Source of the DNA: Xanthobacteraceae bacterium
GTDB taxonomy: Bacteria > Pseudomonadota > Alphaproteobacteria > Rhizobiales > Xanthobacteraceae
Reading direction: 5' to 3'
Assembly: GCA_004297465.1 (NCBI GenBank)
Contig: SCUB01000020.1
Location: 38,183 to 102,182, forward strand
DNA: 64,000 nucleotides
The notes below the pieces were generated by a model that searched no databases, was not told the origin of the DNA, and saw only the letters and a list, made by a program, of their open reading frames with translations. A program made the translations under genes and the position numbers. Below, in pieces: positions 41,315 through 49,233 of the stretch. The first letter of the stretch is position 1. Each line of letters begins with the position of its first letter.

Positions 41315-42244
41315 CTAGAACCCCAGCAGCGCGCCGACATGGGCGCTCACCGAGCGGCTGAGCGCCTGCAGGTCATAGCCGCCTTCGAGCACCGAGACCA
41401 CGCGGCCGCCGGCGGAAGCGTCGGCGATCTGCATCAGCTTGCGGGTGATCCACGCATAGTCCTGGTCGTCGAGCTTGAGGTTGGCGAGCGGATCGCGGTA
41501 GTGCGCGTCGAAGCCGGCCGAGATCACGATCAATTCGGGGGCGAACTGCTGCAGGCGCGGCAGGATGGCGATTTCCACCGCCTCGCGGAACTCCTGGCCG
41601 CCATCGCCCGCCATCAGCGGCACGTTGACGATGTTGTCGTGCTCGCCGCGCTCGGATGCCGCGCCGGTGCCGGGATAGAGCGGCATCTGGTGCGTCGAGC
41701 AGTACAACACCTTGCGGTCGGCCCAGAAGATGTCCTGCGTGCCATTGCCGTGGTGGACGTCGAAATCGACCACCGCGACGCGATCGATGCCGTATTGCTT
41801 CTGGGCATGGCGCACCGCGATCGCCGCGTTGTTGAAGAAGCAGAAGCCCATCGGCTTGGCGATCTCGGCGTGATGGCCCGGCGGCCGGGTCGAGACGAAG
41901 GCGTTGCCGGTGGCGCCGGTCAGCACCGCGTCGACGGCGGCAATGGCGCCGCCGGCCGAGCGCAGGCTGGCCTCCAGGCTGCCCGGCGACATCGAGGTAT
42001 CGCCGTCGATGTAGATGATGCCTTCCCGCGGCGCCGCCTCGCGGATCTGGTCGATGTATTCCGGCGGGTGGACGAGGCCGATGATGTCGAGATCGGCGAG
42101 CGGGGCCTGTTCGCGCCCCAGCATCATGAAGCGTTCCTGCGCCAGCGTCTCGTCGATGATGCGCAGCCGATCGGCATTCTCGGGGTGGCCGGGCGGCATG
42201 TCGTGCTTGAGGCAGGCCGGGTGCGTAAACAGAAGTGTGGACAT
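41315..42244 (-). CDS. histone deacetylase-family protein (acetoin utilisation/APAH-like deacetylase)
   Basis: HPE...R, RPPGHHA, D.D.HHGNGTQ and EGGY motifs of class II HDAC-like amidohydrolases. Confidence 0.88.
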   Translation of the reverse strand: MSTLLFTHPACLKHDMPPGHPENADRLRIIDETLAQERFMMLGREQAPLADLDIIGLVHPPEYIDQIREAAPREGIIYIDGDTSMSPGSLEASLRSAGGAIAAVDAVLTGATGNAFVSTRPPGHHAEIAKPMGFCFFNNAAIAVRHAQKQYGIDRVAVVDFDVHHGNGTQDIFWADRKVLYCSTHQMPLYPGTGAASERGEHDNIVNVPLMAGDGGQEFREAVEIAILPRLQQFAPELIVISAGFDAHYRDPLANLKLDDQDYAWITRKLMQIADASAGGRVVSVLEGGYDLQALSRSVSAHVGALLGF

Positions 42245-42432
42245 TTCTGAAGGGCGTTTCCTGATCGGGCGGAAGGACGCAAAAACCCCGTCCCGCGCGG
42301 GCACCTTTTGGTGCGGTTACCAACCAATCTAGTCATTGATCCGGCTGGGGGAAAGGGCGGGAGATGCCTGCCGTCTCCTCGCGCGCCGGCATTTGATGCG
42401 AATCAAACGCGGAAGGGGGCAGGGGGTGCGCG

Positions 42433-43200
42433 CTACTTCCTGCGCGCAAGAAACGAGGTGAAGGCGGCCTTGGCCTCCGGCGAGCGCATGCGGATGGCGA
42501 ATAGTTCCGCCTCGTCGTCGATCCGGCGCACCACCTCGTCGGCCGGCGGGCGGATCAGGCCGCGCGCCATCGCCACCGCTTCCGGGGGCAGGGCGCTGAT
42601 GGCGGCGGCCGCCGCCGCCGCCTCGGCGTCGGCCTGGCCGGGCGGCGCCAGCGCGTTGACCAGCCCGGCGCCATGCGCGGCGGCGGCGTCCAGCGGCTTT
42701 CCCATCACCAGAAGCGCGAAGGCGCGCTGATGACCGATGAGGCGCGGCGCGAGCAGGCTGGAGGCGCCCTCCGGGACGAGGCCAAGCTGGATGAACGGGG
42801 TCAGGAATTTCGCTTCCGTGCTCGCCACCACGTAGTCGCAGTGAAACAGCATGGTGGTGCCGATGCCGATGGCCAGGCCATCGACCGCGGCCACCACCGG
42901 CTTGCGGCCGCGCGCCAGCGCGCGCAGGAAGTCGAGGGCCTTCGCGATGGGGTGGCCGTCGGAGTCGCTGGCCTTGAGGAAATCCTCCATGTCGTTGCCC
43001 GCCGTGAAGGCGCCGGGCGCGCCGGCGATCACCACGCACCGGATGGCGGCATCGGCGTCGGCCTTCGCGATCGCCTCCGCCATGGCGGTGTACATCGCTT
43101 GCGTCAGGGCGTTCTTCTTGTCGGCGCGGCACATGCGGATGGTGCGCACCGCGCCGTTGTCGGTGACGGCGACATGTTCGGTCATGACATCAAGTCCCAT
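42433..43200 (-). CDS. enoyl-CoA hydratase/isomerase family protein
   Basis: Crotonase-fold motifs (…NAL…VVI.GA.GAF.AGND…, A.V.G.A.G.G…). Confidence 0.85.
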   Translation of the reverse strand: MGLDVMTEHVAVTDNGAVRTIRMCRADKKNALTQAMYTAMAEAIAKADADAAIRCVVIAGAPGAFTAGNDMEDFLKASDSDGHPIAKALDFLRALARGRKPVVAAVDGLAIGIGTTMLFHCDYVVASTEAKFLTPFIQLGLVPEGASSLLAPRLIGHQRAFALLVMGKPLDAAAAHGAGLVNALAPPGQADAEAAAAAAAISALPPEAVAMARGLIRPPADEVVRRIDDEAELFAIRMRSPEAKAAFTSFLARRK

Positions 43201-43209
43201 CGCCCGCGC

Positions 43210-44991
43210 TCACACCGCCAGCGCGACGTCGGCGCCGCTGACGCCGCCGGCGCCCTCGGTGATGGTGCGCTCCAGACCGCCGGCGGTGACCGTGATGTTT
43301 TCGGCGAAGAAGCGCGCCGAGGCCACGGCGCGCGGCGCGATGTGGGCGAGATCGGCGTTGGCGAGAGCCGCCAGCGCCTGGTCGGCGAGCATGCAGCCGC
43401 CGAGCGTGACGCCCCACAGCCGCAGGTACGGCGTGGCGCCGGCGAGCGCGTCGTTCGGCGCCTTCGGCAGCGTCTCCAAAAGCCAGCGGCTGGCGCGTTC
43501 GAGCGCGGCGAAGGCCTCGCGCAGCCGCGCGCCGGTCATGCCGAACGCCGGGTTGTTGGAGGCCTCGACGCGGCCGATCACCGGCTCCATCTCGCCCATC
43601 AGCGCCCGCACCGATGCGCCGTCGGGCGCCAGCTTGCGGGTGACAAGGTCGATGGCCTGGATGCCGTTGGTGCCCTCGTAGATCGCCGCGATGCGGGCGT
43701 CGCGGTAATACTGCGCGGCGCCCGTCTCCTCGATGAAGCCCATGCCGCCATGGACCTGGATGCCGAGCGAGGCCACCTCGATGCCGATGTCGGTCGAGAA
43801 CGCCTTGGCGATCGGGGTGAGCAGCGCGGCGCGCGCGACGGCGTCCGCGCGCACCTTGGCGTCCTGGGCGCGATGCGAGATGTCGATCGCCGCCCCGGTG
43901 GCGTAGCAGATGACGCGCGCGGCCATGGTCATGGCGCGCATCGTCATCAGCATGCGCTTGACGTCGGGGTGGACGATGATGGGGTCGGACCCCTTGGTGG
44001 TCGAGCCGACGCCGCGGCCCTGCTTGCGCTCGTGGGCGTAGGCCAGCGCCTGCTGGTAGGCGCGTTCGGCGAGACCGACGCCCTCGAGGCCGACGCCGAG
44101 CCGGGCCCGGTTCATCATCGTGAACATGCAGGCCATGCCGGCGTTTTCCTCGCCGACCAGGTAGCCGGTGGCGCCGCCGTTGTCGCCCATCACCATGACG
44201 CAGGTCGGCGAGGCGTGGATGCCCATCTTGTGCTCGATGCTGGCGGCGCGGATGTCGTTGCGCGCGCCCGGCGAGCCGTCGCCGTTGACCAGGAACTTCG
44301 GCACCAGGAACAGCGAGATGCCCTTGGTGCCGGGCGGCGCATCGGGCAACCGCGCGAGCACGAAATGGATGATGTTGCCGGTCATGTCGTGCTCGCCGTA
44401 GGTTATGAAGATCTTCGAGCCCGACAGCTTGTAGGTGCCGTCGCCCGCCGGCACCGCGCGGGTGCGCAGCGCGCCGACATCCGAGCCGGCCTGCGGCTCG
44501 GTGAGATGCATGGTGCCGGTCCATTCGCCGGAGATCAGCTTGGACAGGTAAATGTTCCTGAGCGTCTCGGTGCCGTGGGCCTCGAGCGCGTCGATGGCGC
44601 CCATGGTCAGCATCGGACACAGGGCAAAACCCATATTGGCCGAGTTCCACATCTCCATGCAGGCGCAGTTGAGCACGGAGGGCAGGTTCTGGCCGCCAAA
44701 CGCCTCCGGCGCGGCGACGCCGCCCCAGCCGGCGTCCACCCAGTTGCGATAGGCCTCGATCCAGCCCGGCGGGGTGGTGACCTCGCCGTCGGCGAATTTG
44801 GCGCCGACCGTGTCGCCGACGGTGTTGAGCGGGGCCAGGATGTCGGCGGCGAACCGGCCCGCCTCCTCGAGGATGGCGGCGGTCATGTCGGGGTCGTAGT
44901 CGCCCATGTGCCCGGCCGCGACCGCGCGCGAGAAACCGGCGCCATGATTGAGCGCAAGCAGGATGTCGTCGATGGGGGCACGGTAGCTCAT
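43210..44991 (-). CDS. acyl-CoA dehydrogenase (long, about 590-aa type with C-terminal extension)
   Basis: MHLTEPQAGSD, KIFIT.GEHD, Q.HGG.G.I.E and the YRD.RI..IYEGTNGIQA motif. Start taken at MSYRAPIDD. Confidence 0.88.
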   Translation of the reverse strand: MSYRAPIDDILLALNHGAGFSRAVAAGHMGDYDPDMTAAILEEAGRFAADILAPLNTVGDTVGAKFADGEVTTPPGWIEAYRNWVDAGWGGVAAPEAFGGQNLPSVLNCACMEMWNSANMGFALCPMLTMGAIDALEAHGTETLRNIYLSKLISGEWTGTMHLTEPQAGSDVGALRTRAVPAGDGTYKLSGSKIFITYGEHDMTGNIIHFVLARLPDAPPGTKGISLFLVPKFLVNGDGSPGARNDIRAASIEHKMGIHASPTCVMVMGDNGGATGYLVGEENAGMACMFTMMNRARLGVGLEGVGLAERAYQQALAYAHERKQGRGVGSTTKGSDPIIVHPDVKRMLMTMRAMTMAARVICYATGAAIDISHRAQDAKVRADAVARAALLTPIAKAFSTDIGIEVASLGIQVHGGMGFIEETGAAQYYRDARIAAIYEGTNGIQAIDLVTRKLAPDGASVRALMGEMEPVIGRVEASNNPAFGMTGARLREAFAALERASRWLLETLPKAPNDALAGATPYLRLWGVTLGGCMLADQALAALANADLAHIAPRAVASARFFAENITVTAGGLERTITEGAGGVSGADVALAV

Positions 44992-45355
44992 GGGTCGCAA
45001 CTCCGGTGGGGGCGCTGGGTGGCTGTCAGGATTGCCCGCTGCCGCTGCGTTGTCATGGAAAAAATGGGTTCTGGCCTCCCGACCTTGGTCGGAAGGATTG
45101 CGATTGGGGCGCGGGGATGCAGGATTGGGCGGGATTTGGCGTGAGGTGGCCCCGGGCCGGAGAGGTGGCGGGGCGCGGGGACAAAGGCCGCCGGCCGCGA
45201 CGGCGGCTTTGCCTTTGGCGGCGCTCTCCATTAAACAGGCGGCGCGCGGAGCGGGGATCCGACGGCCGCCCGCAACCGCGGAAAGGACCATGGCCTTAGG
45301 TCATGGATTTTACGGCGCGGGTCTGCGGCCATGATTGGGATCCCGAGTGCCGGAT

Positions 45356-45430
45356 TGGGGCGTCGCCAAGTGGTAAGGCAGCGGATTTTGATTCCGCCAT
45401 GCGGAGGTTCGAATCCTCCCGCCCCAGCCA
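45356..45430 (+). tRNA. tRNA-Gln (anticodon UUG)
   Basis: Hand-folded cloverleaf: acceptor TGGGGCG/CGCCCCA, D arm GCC..GGC, anticodon stem GCGGA/TCCGC with loop TTTTGAT, T arm GGAGG-TTCGAAT-CCTCC, discriminator G, encoded CCA. Confidence 0.93.
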
Positions 45431-45475
45431 GGCAGTCCGGTTTTCAGAGAATTTCCTTCTTTATGTGCAGAAATA

Positions 45476-45498
45476 CCCGCTAAATGCGGGTTTGTTTT
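45476..45498 (+). terminator. Rho-independent terminator-like hairpin downstream of tRNA-Gln
   Basis: CCCGC-TAAAT-GCGGG stem-loop followed by TTTGTTTT. Confidence 0.6.
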
Positions 45499-45711
45499 AT
45501 CTGTACATTGTCTCCGAGTGGTCAAAGTGCGACTCTTGAACCGGAGTTTGGTCGAAAGTCTCCACATAATTATTGAGATATTCCCGTTTTTCAGAGACTC
45601 GCCTTGGAGACCGAAGAATAATTTACTGTGTGCCCGAGCAGGTAGTCGCGTTCGCAAGATAAAGCAGGAAGTTATTCCAAGTGTGTGCCGGCGCATGTCG
45701 TGAATCTGGTC

Positions 45712-45950
45712 ATGAATCCGCTTGATCTCGGGGCTATCCTGGCGATCGCCTCGCAAGGAGAAGCTTCACGAGAGTCGCCGCAAAACTGGGCGTTTCGCAG
45801 TCCGCGCTAAAGTCACACCATCCGTGAGCTTAAAGCGCGAATGGTGCTGCGCCTGCTGAGCCGGACCACGCGAAGCGTGGCGCCAACTGAGGCCAGGTGA
45901 GCGTCTTCTCGGCGGGGAGAGTAGTCGCAGATCCGTTCCATAAGCTGCCT
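45712..45950 (+). pseudogene. LysR-family regulator N-terminal (HTH) fragment, multiply frameshifted
   Basis: Stitching three frames gives MNPLDLGAILAIASQG / [16 protein letters not shown] / [28 protein letters not shown] / GERLL, a canonical LysR HTH. It needs indels near 45749, 45809 and 45895 and has no substrate-binding domain. Confidence 0.75.
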
Positions 45951-46020
45951 CCAGCAGTGCGACTGCGGGGAAGCAGTTCGGCCACTGCCTACTCTGAAAG
46001 CAGAGACCACTGAACAATTA

Positions 46021-46170
46021 CACTCATAGATTGCGCAAAAAATAATATATATATAACAATTAATTACGTTAGATTAGGCCCAATCATCGAAGAATTTTGT
46101 TAAAATGGGTTGCAGAACATTCGGCGAACCCTACATAAGTGCAATGGGGAATTGAAACTCAAGGGCCGCG
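46021..46170 (+). promoter_or_regulatory. AT-rich putative promoter region of the MBL/TM/MBL/E2-E1-JAB operon
   Basis: The most AT-rich stretch in this vicinity (…GCAAAAAATAATATATATATAACAATTAATTACG…TTTTGTTAAAATGGGTTGCAG…), immediately upstream of the first gene. AAGGG lies 6-10 nt before the GTG start. No confident -35/-10 assignment. Confidence 0.3.
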
Positions 46171-47238
46171 GTGGCTGACTTTTTTGAAATTGATTTCCTG
46201 GACGTCGAGACGAAGAGCAGTGGCGACGCGATTTGTCTGCGCTACGAGCTCAACGGCCTGACCTGCATACACGTTGTCGACGCCGGCTATCAGACGACCG
46301 GGGAGAAGCTCGTCGCGCACATTCGCAAGCATTACAACAACCCGACGTACATCGACCATCTCGTGGTCACCCACAACGACGGCGATCATACCGGCGGCGT
46401 CGAGCAAGTGCTCAAGGAGTTCAACATCGGCGCGATCTGGATGTTGTGCCCCTGGAACTACGCTGCCGAGCTGCTCCATCGCTTCAAGCGCTACTCGACC
46501 GTCGACGGTTTGACGCAGGCCCTGAAGGACTCCTTCCCGAACTTGGCGGCGATGGAGAAGCTGGCGATCAAGAAGGACATCCCGATCTGCGAGCCGTTTC
46601 AAGGCGCCGATATCGGCGCCTTTCACGTCTTGGCGCCGACCCGCGCGCGCTTCCTCGATTTGGTGGTGGCGTCGAACAAGACGCCGGATGAAGCGACGGC
46701 CGCTTTCGACGCGATTCAGGAGGCGTTCCTGGCGACGCAGGTGAAGGCGGTCATGAAGGCGGCGAATTGGGGCGATGAATACTTTCCCGCCGGCGAAACC
46801 AGCACGGAAAACGAGATGAGCGTGGTCCAATACGCCACGCTGTGCGGCAAGAAGATCCTGCTCACCGGTGACACTGGTCGTGCCGGCCTGCAGGAGGTGA
46901 TCGACTACGCGCCGAGTGTCGGACTCATTTTTCCTGGCATCGATCATTTCCAAATCCCGCATCACGGCGGCCGGCACAACGTCAACACCGAGCTGCTAGA
47001 CCAGATCTTGGGGCCGCGGCTGGGGAATCCCCATGCCTCGACCACCTTCACAGCAATCATTAGCTCGGCGAAGGAAGACGAAGATCATCCGCGCAAATCG
47101 GTCGTGCGCGCCATGCATCACCGCGGAGCCAAAGTTATCACCACGGAGGGCCGCGACGTCCGAACGCACCGTAACGCTCCCGACCGCGGCTGGGTGGCCG
47201 TGGACGGCGTTTCGTATCCGAACGAGCAGGAAGACTGA
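46171..47238 (+). CDS. stand-alone ComEC/Rec2-type MBL-fold metallo-hydrolase (gene 1 of the operon)
   Basis: VVTHNDGDHTGG (HxDxDH, codons 46372-46389), a later LLTGD and IPHHGGRHN, as in the ComEC beta-lactamase-like domain. No TM or signal sequence. Confidence 0.8.
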   Translation: MADFFEIDFLDVETKSSGDAICLRYELNGLTCIHVVDAGYQTTGEKLVAHIRKHYNNPTYIDHLVVTHNDGDHTGGVEQVLKEFNIGAIWMLCPWNYAAELLHRFKRYSTVDGLTQALKDSFPNLAAMEKLAIKKDIPICEPFQGADIGAFHVLAPTRARFLDLVVASNKTPDEATAAFDAIQEAFLATQVKAVMKAANWGDEYFPAGETSTENEMSVVQYATLCGKKILLTGDTGRAGLQEVIDYAPSVGLIFPGIDHFQIPHHGGRHNVNTELLDQILGPRLGNPHASTTFTAIISSAKEDEDHPRKSVVRAMHHRGAKVITTEGRDVRTHRNAPDRGWVAVDGVSYPNEQED

Positions 47239-47239
47239 G

Positions 47240-48091
47240 ATGTCGCTTCAAGACATGATCAACAATTTGCTGGACCCTTATTCGCGGCAAGCGCGGCATT
47301 TCCCGGGCCTGCTGTCGGTCTTTCCGCCGCTAATCACCGCTCTGGCTTGGTTCCCGGCGCTGCTGATGTCGAACATCGGCACGATCCTGCTCACGATCAT
47401 CACGTCGTGCGGTCTGCTTTATCTGCTGGGCTCGTGGGCGCGCACGCGGGGTAAGAAAGTCGAAAAGCGCTTGCTGGAGGAGTGGGGCGGCTGGCCGACT
47501 ACGATCTTCCTACGTCACTCAGGGCCGCTGGATCCTTCAACTCGCGGCCGATATCACACATTTCTAGCCGCCAATGTCCCCGGCATCGTCATGCCGAGCG
47601 CGGCGGATGAAGGGGCGGATCCGAAGGCCGCCGACGCAGTCTATGCCTCGGCGGTGAAATGCCTGAAGGAGCTCGTTCGGAAGACGGCTCCACTGGTCGA
47701 CAAGGAAAACGCCCAATACGGCTTCCGCCGCAACCTGCGCGGCATGAAGCCGATTGCAATCACTGTCTGCTTTGTGGCGGCGATCGGCACCTTGCTGGCC
47801 ATTGCACTTACGGCGCCGACATTCATGCCGGCGGATCTTGCGGCGGCGGCGCGCAACACGCCGGTGCCGATCTGGGTCGCGTTCGCCGTCGATGTGGTGG
47901 CGATCATCGGTTGGGTCGCGATCGTCAATGACGCCTGGATACGCCAGGCCGGCGATCAATATGCGGATGCGCTGCTCGCGACGTGCGACCGCGCACCGCC
48001 AAAGAAGGCCGTCGGAGACGGTTCTGCCGCGAGTGGGAAAAAGTCTAGAAAGAACACCGCGAAAGCGGAGAAACAAGAAGGAAACGCGTAA
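47240..48091 (+). CDS. four-TM membrane protein with a Lys-rich C-terminal tail (gene 2 of the operon)
   Basis: Two N-terminal and two C-terminal hydrophobic helices flank a soluble domain of about 110 aa. Tail reads KKAVGDGSAASGKKSRKNTAKAEKQEGNA. The ATG lies 1 nt after the upstream stop, and its TAA shares a base with the next ATG (TAATG). Confidence 0.7.
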   Translation: MSLQDMINNLLDPYSRQARHFPGLLSVFPPLITALAWFPALLMSNIGTILLTIITSCGLLYLLGSWARTRGKKVEKRLLEEWGGWPTTIFLRHSGPLDPSTRGRYHTFLAANVPGIVMPSAADEGADPKAADAVYASAVKCLKELVRKTAPLVDKENAQYGFRRNLRGMKPIAITVCFVAAIGTLLAIALTAPTFMPADLAAAARNTPVPIWVAFAVDVVAIIGWVAIVNDAWIRQAGDQYADALLATCDRAPPKKAVGDGSAASGKKSRKNTAKAEKQEGNA

Positions 48092-49233
48092 TGGTGAAGA
48101 CAACACACTTCCAGGTCGACAATGGCGACATGACTCTGATCGAGCTTGAATCCGGTCGCCGCATTCTGGTCGACATCAAGATTCGCGTTGCAACCGCCGA
48201 CGACGGCGATGAAGACATCCCCCCGGTCGGGGACCAGCTGCGCGAGCGGCTTAAGCGCGACGACAAAGAGCGGTTCTACGTCGACGCTTTCCTGCTGACG
48301 CATCCTGACAAGGATCACATCTGCGGTCTGCGCGAGCACTTCCACCTGGGCGATCCGTCGACTTGGTCGAAGAAGGACGACAAGATTATTATCCGCGAGA
48401 TGTGGTCGTCGCCAATCGTGTTTCGGCGAACGTCCAAGAACCACAAGCTTTGTGATGATGCGGTCTCCTGGTGTGACGAAGCTCGCCGCCGTGTCGCCAA
48501 GTTCAAGGCGGAGGGCGCGCAGGCCGACGGCAACCGCATTCTCATCATGGGCGAGGACGTCGACGGCAAGACTGATGATCTGGGCGCCATCCTGATCAAG
48601 ACGGACGAGGTCTTCTCCAAGATCTGCGGTGTGGTCGACTTTTCCTTTGAAGCACGTCTTTTGGCGCCGATGAAGGCGGACAACGATGACGAAGAAGAGG
48701 TCCTCACCAAGAACAACTCCAGCGTCGTCATGCGGATTGATCTTAAGCTTTGGAGCACCACAAAGGCTCGCTATCTGATCGGCGGTGACGCCGAGGTCGC
48801 GATCTGGGAAAAGCTGTGGGATCGCCACAAGTCTCGCAAGTCCTGGCTCCAATATGATGTCCTCATCGCACCGCATCACTGCTCCTGGCATAGCCTGTCG
48901 TGGGACAGCTGGTCGGATCTCGGCGAGAAAGCCAAGGTTTCGCCGAATGCGCGCAGCGCGCTCGGCCAGCCGCTGCTCGGCGCACTGATCGTCTCGAGCA
49001 GTAAGCCAATCAAAGACGACAAGGATGACCCGCCGTGCATCCGCGCGAAGCGCGAATATCTTGATATTCTCACGGAAGTGAACGGCGAATTCCGTTGCGT
49101 CTGCGATGGTGCGAGCGACGAGCCGATGGAAATCGAGATCCTGTCGGCCGGACCGAAGGTCAAGCGCCTGAAGGTCGCCGCGACCGTTGCGGCAACCACA
49201 GGTCTCGGTAGCCAGCCTTTCGCGCATGGCTGA
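48091..49233 (+). CDS. second ComEC-type MBL-like protein ending in ...GSQPFAHG (gene 3 of the operon)
   Basis: LLTHPDKDHICGL (HxDxDH, codons 48301-48318), GGDAE and APHHCSWHS parallel the motifs of gene 1. The C-terminal residue is Gly (codon 49228-49230). The stop overlaps the start of gene 4 by 8 nt. Confidence 0.75.
   Translation: MVKTTHFQVDNGDMTLIELESGRRILVDIKIRVATADDGDEDIPPVGDQLRERLKRDDKERFYVDAFLLTHPDKDHICGLREHFHLGDPSTWSKKDDKIIIREMWSSPIVFRRTSKNHKLCDDAVSWCDEARRRVAKFKAEGAQADGNRILIMGEDVDGKTDDLGAILIKTDEVFSKICGVVDFSFEARLLAPMKADNDDEEEVLTKNNSSVVMRIDLKLWSTTKARYLIGGDAEVAIWEKLWDRHKSRKSWLQYDVLIAPHHCSWHSLSWDSWSDLGEKAKVSPNARSALGQPLLGALIVSSSKPIKDDKDDPPCIRAKREYLDILTEVNGEFRCVCDGASDEPMEIEILSAGPKVKRLKVAATVAATTGLGSQPFAHG

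Noticed and set aside
42673-45144. 823-aa plus-strand ORF
   Set aside because: It is antisense to the enoyl-CoA hydratase and acyl-CoA dehydrogenase genes, both of which have clear family motifs. High-GC shadow ORF.
45310-45756. 148-aa minus-strand ORF and 78-aa plus-strand ORF over tRNA-Gln
   Set aside because: They overlap a well-folding tRNA and its terminator, so they are artefacts.
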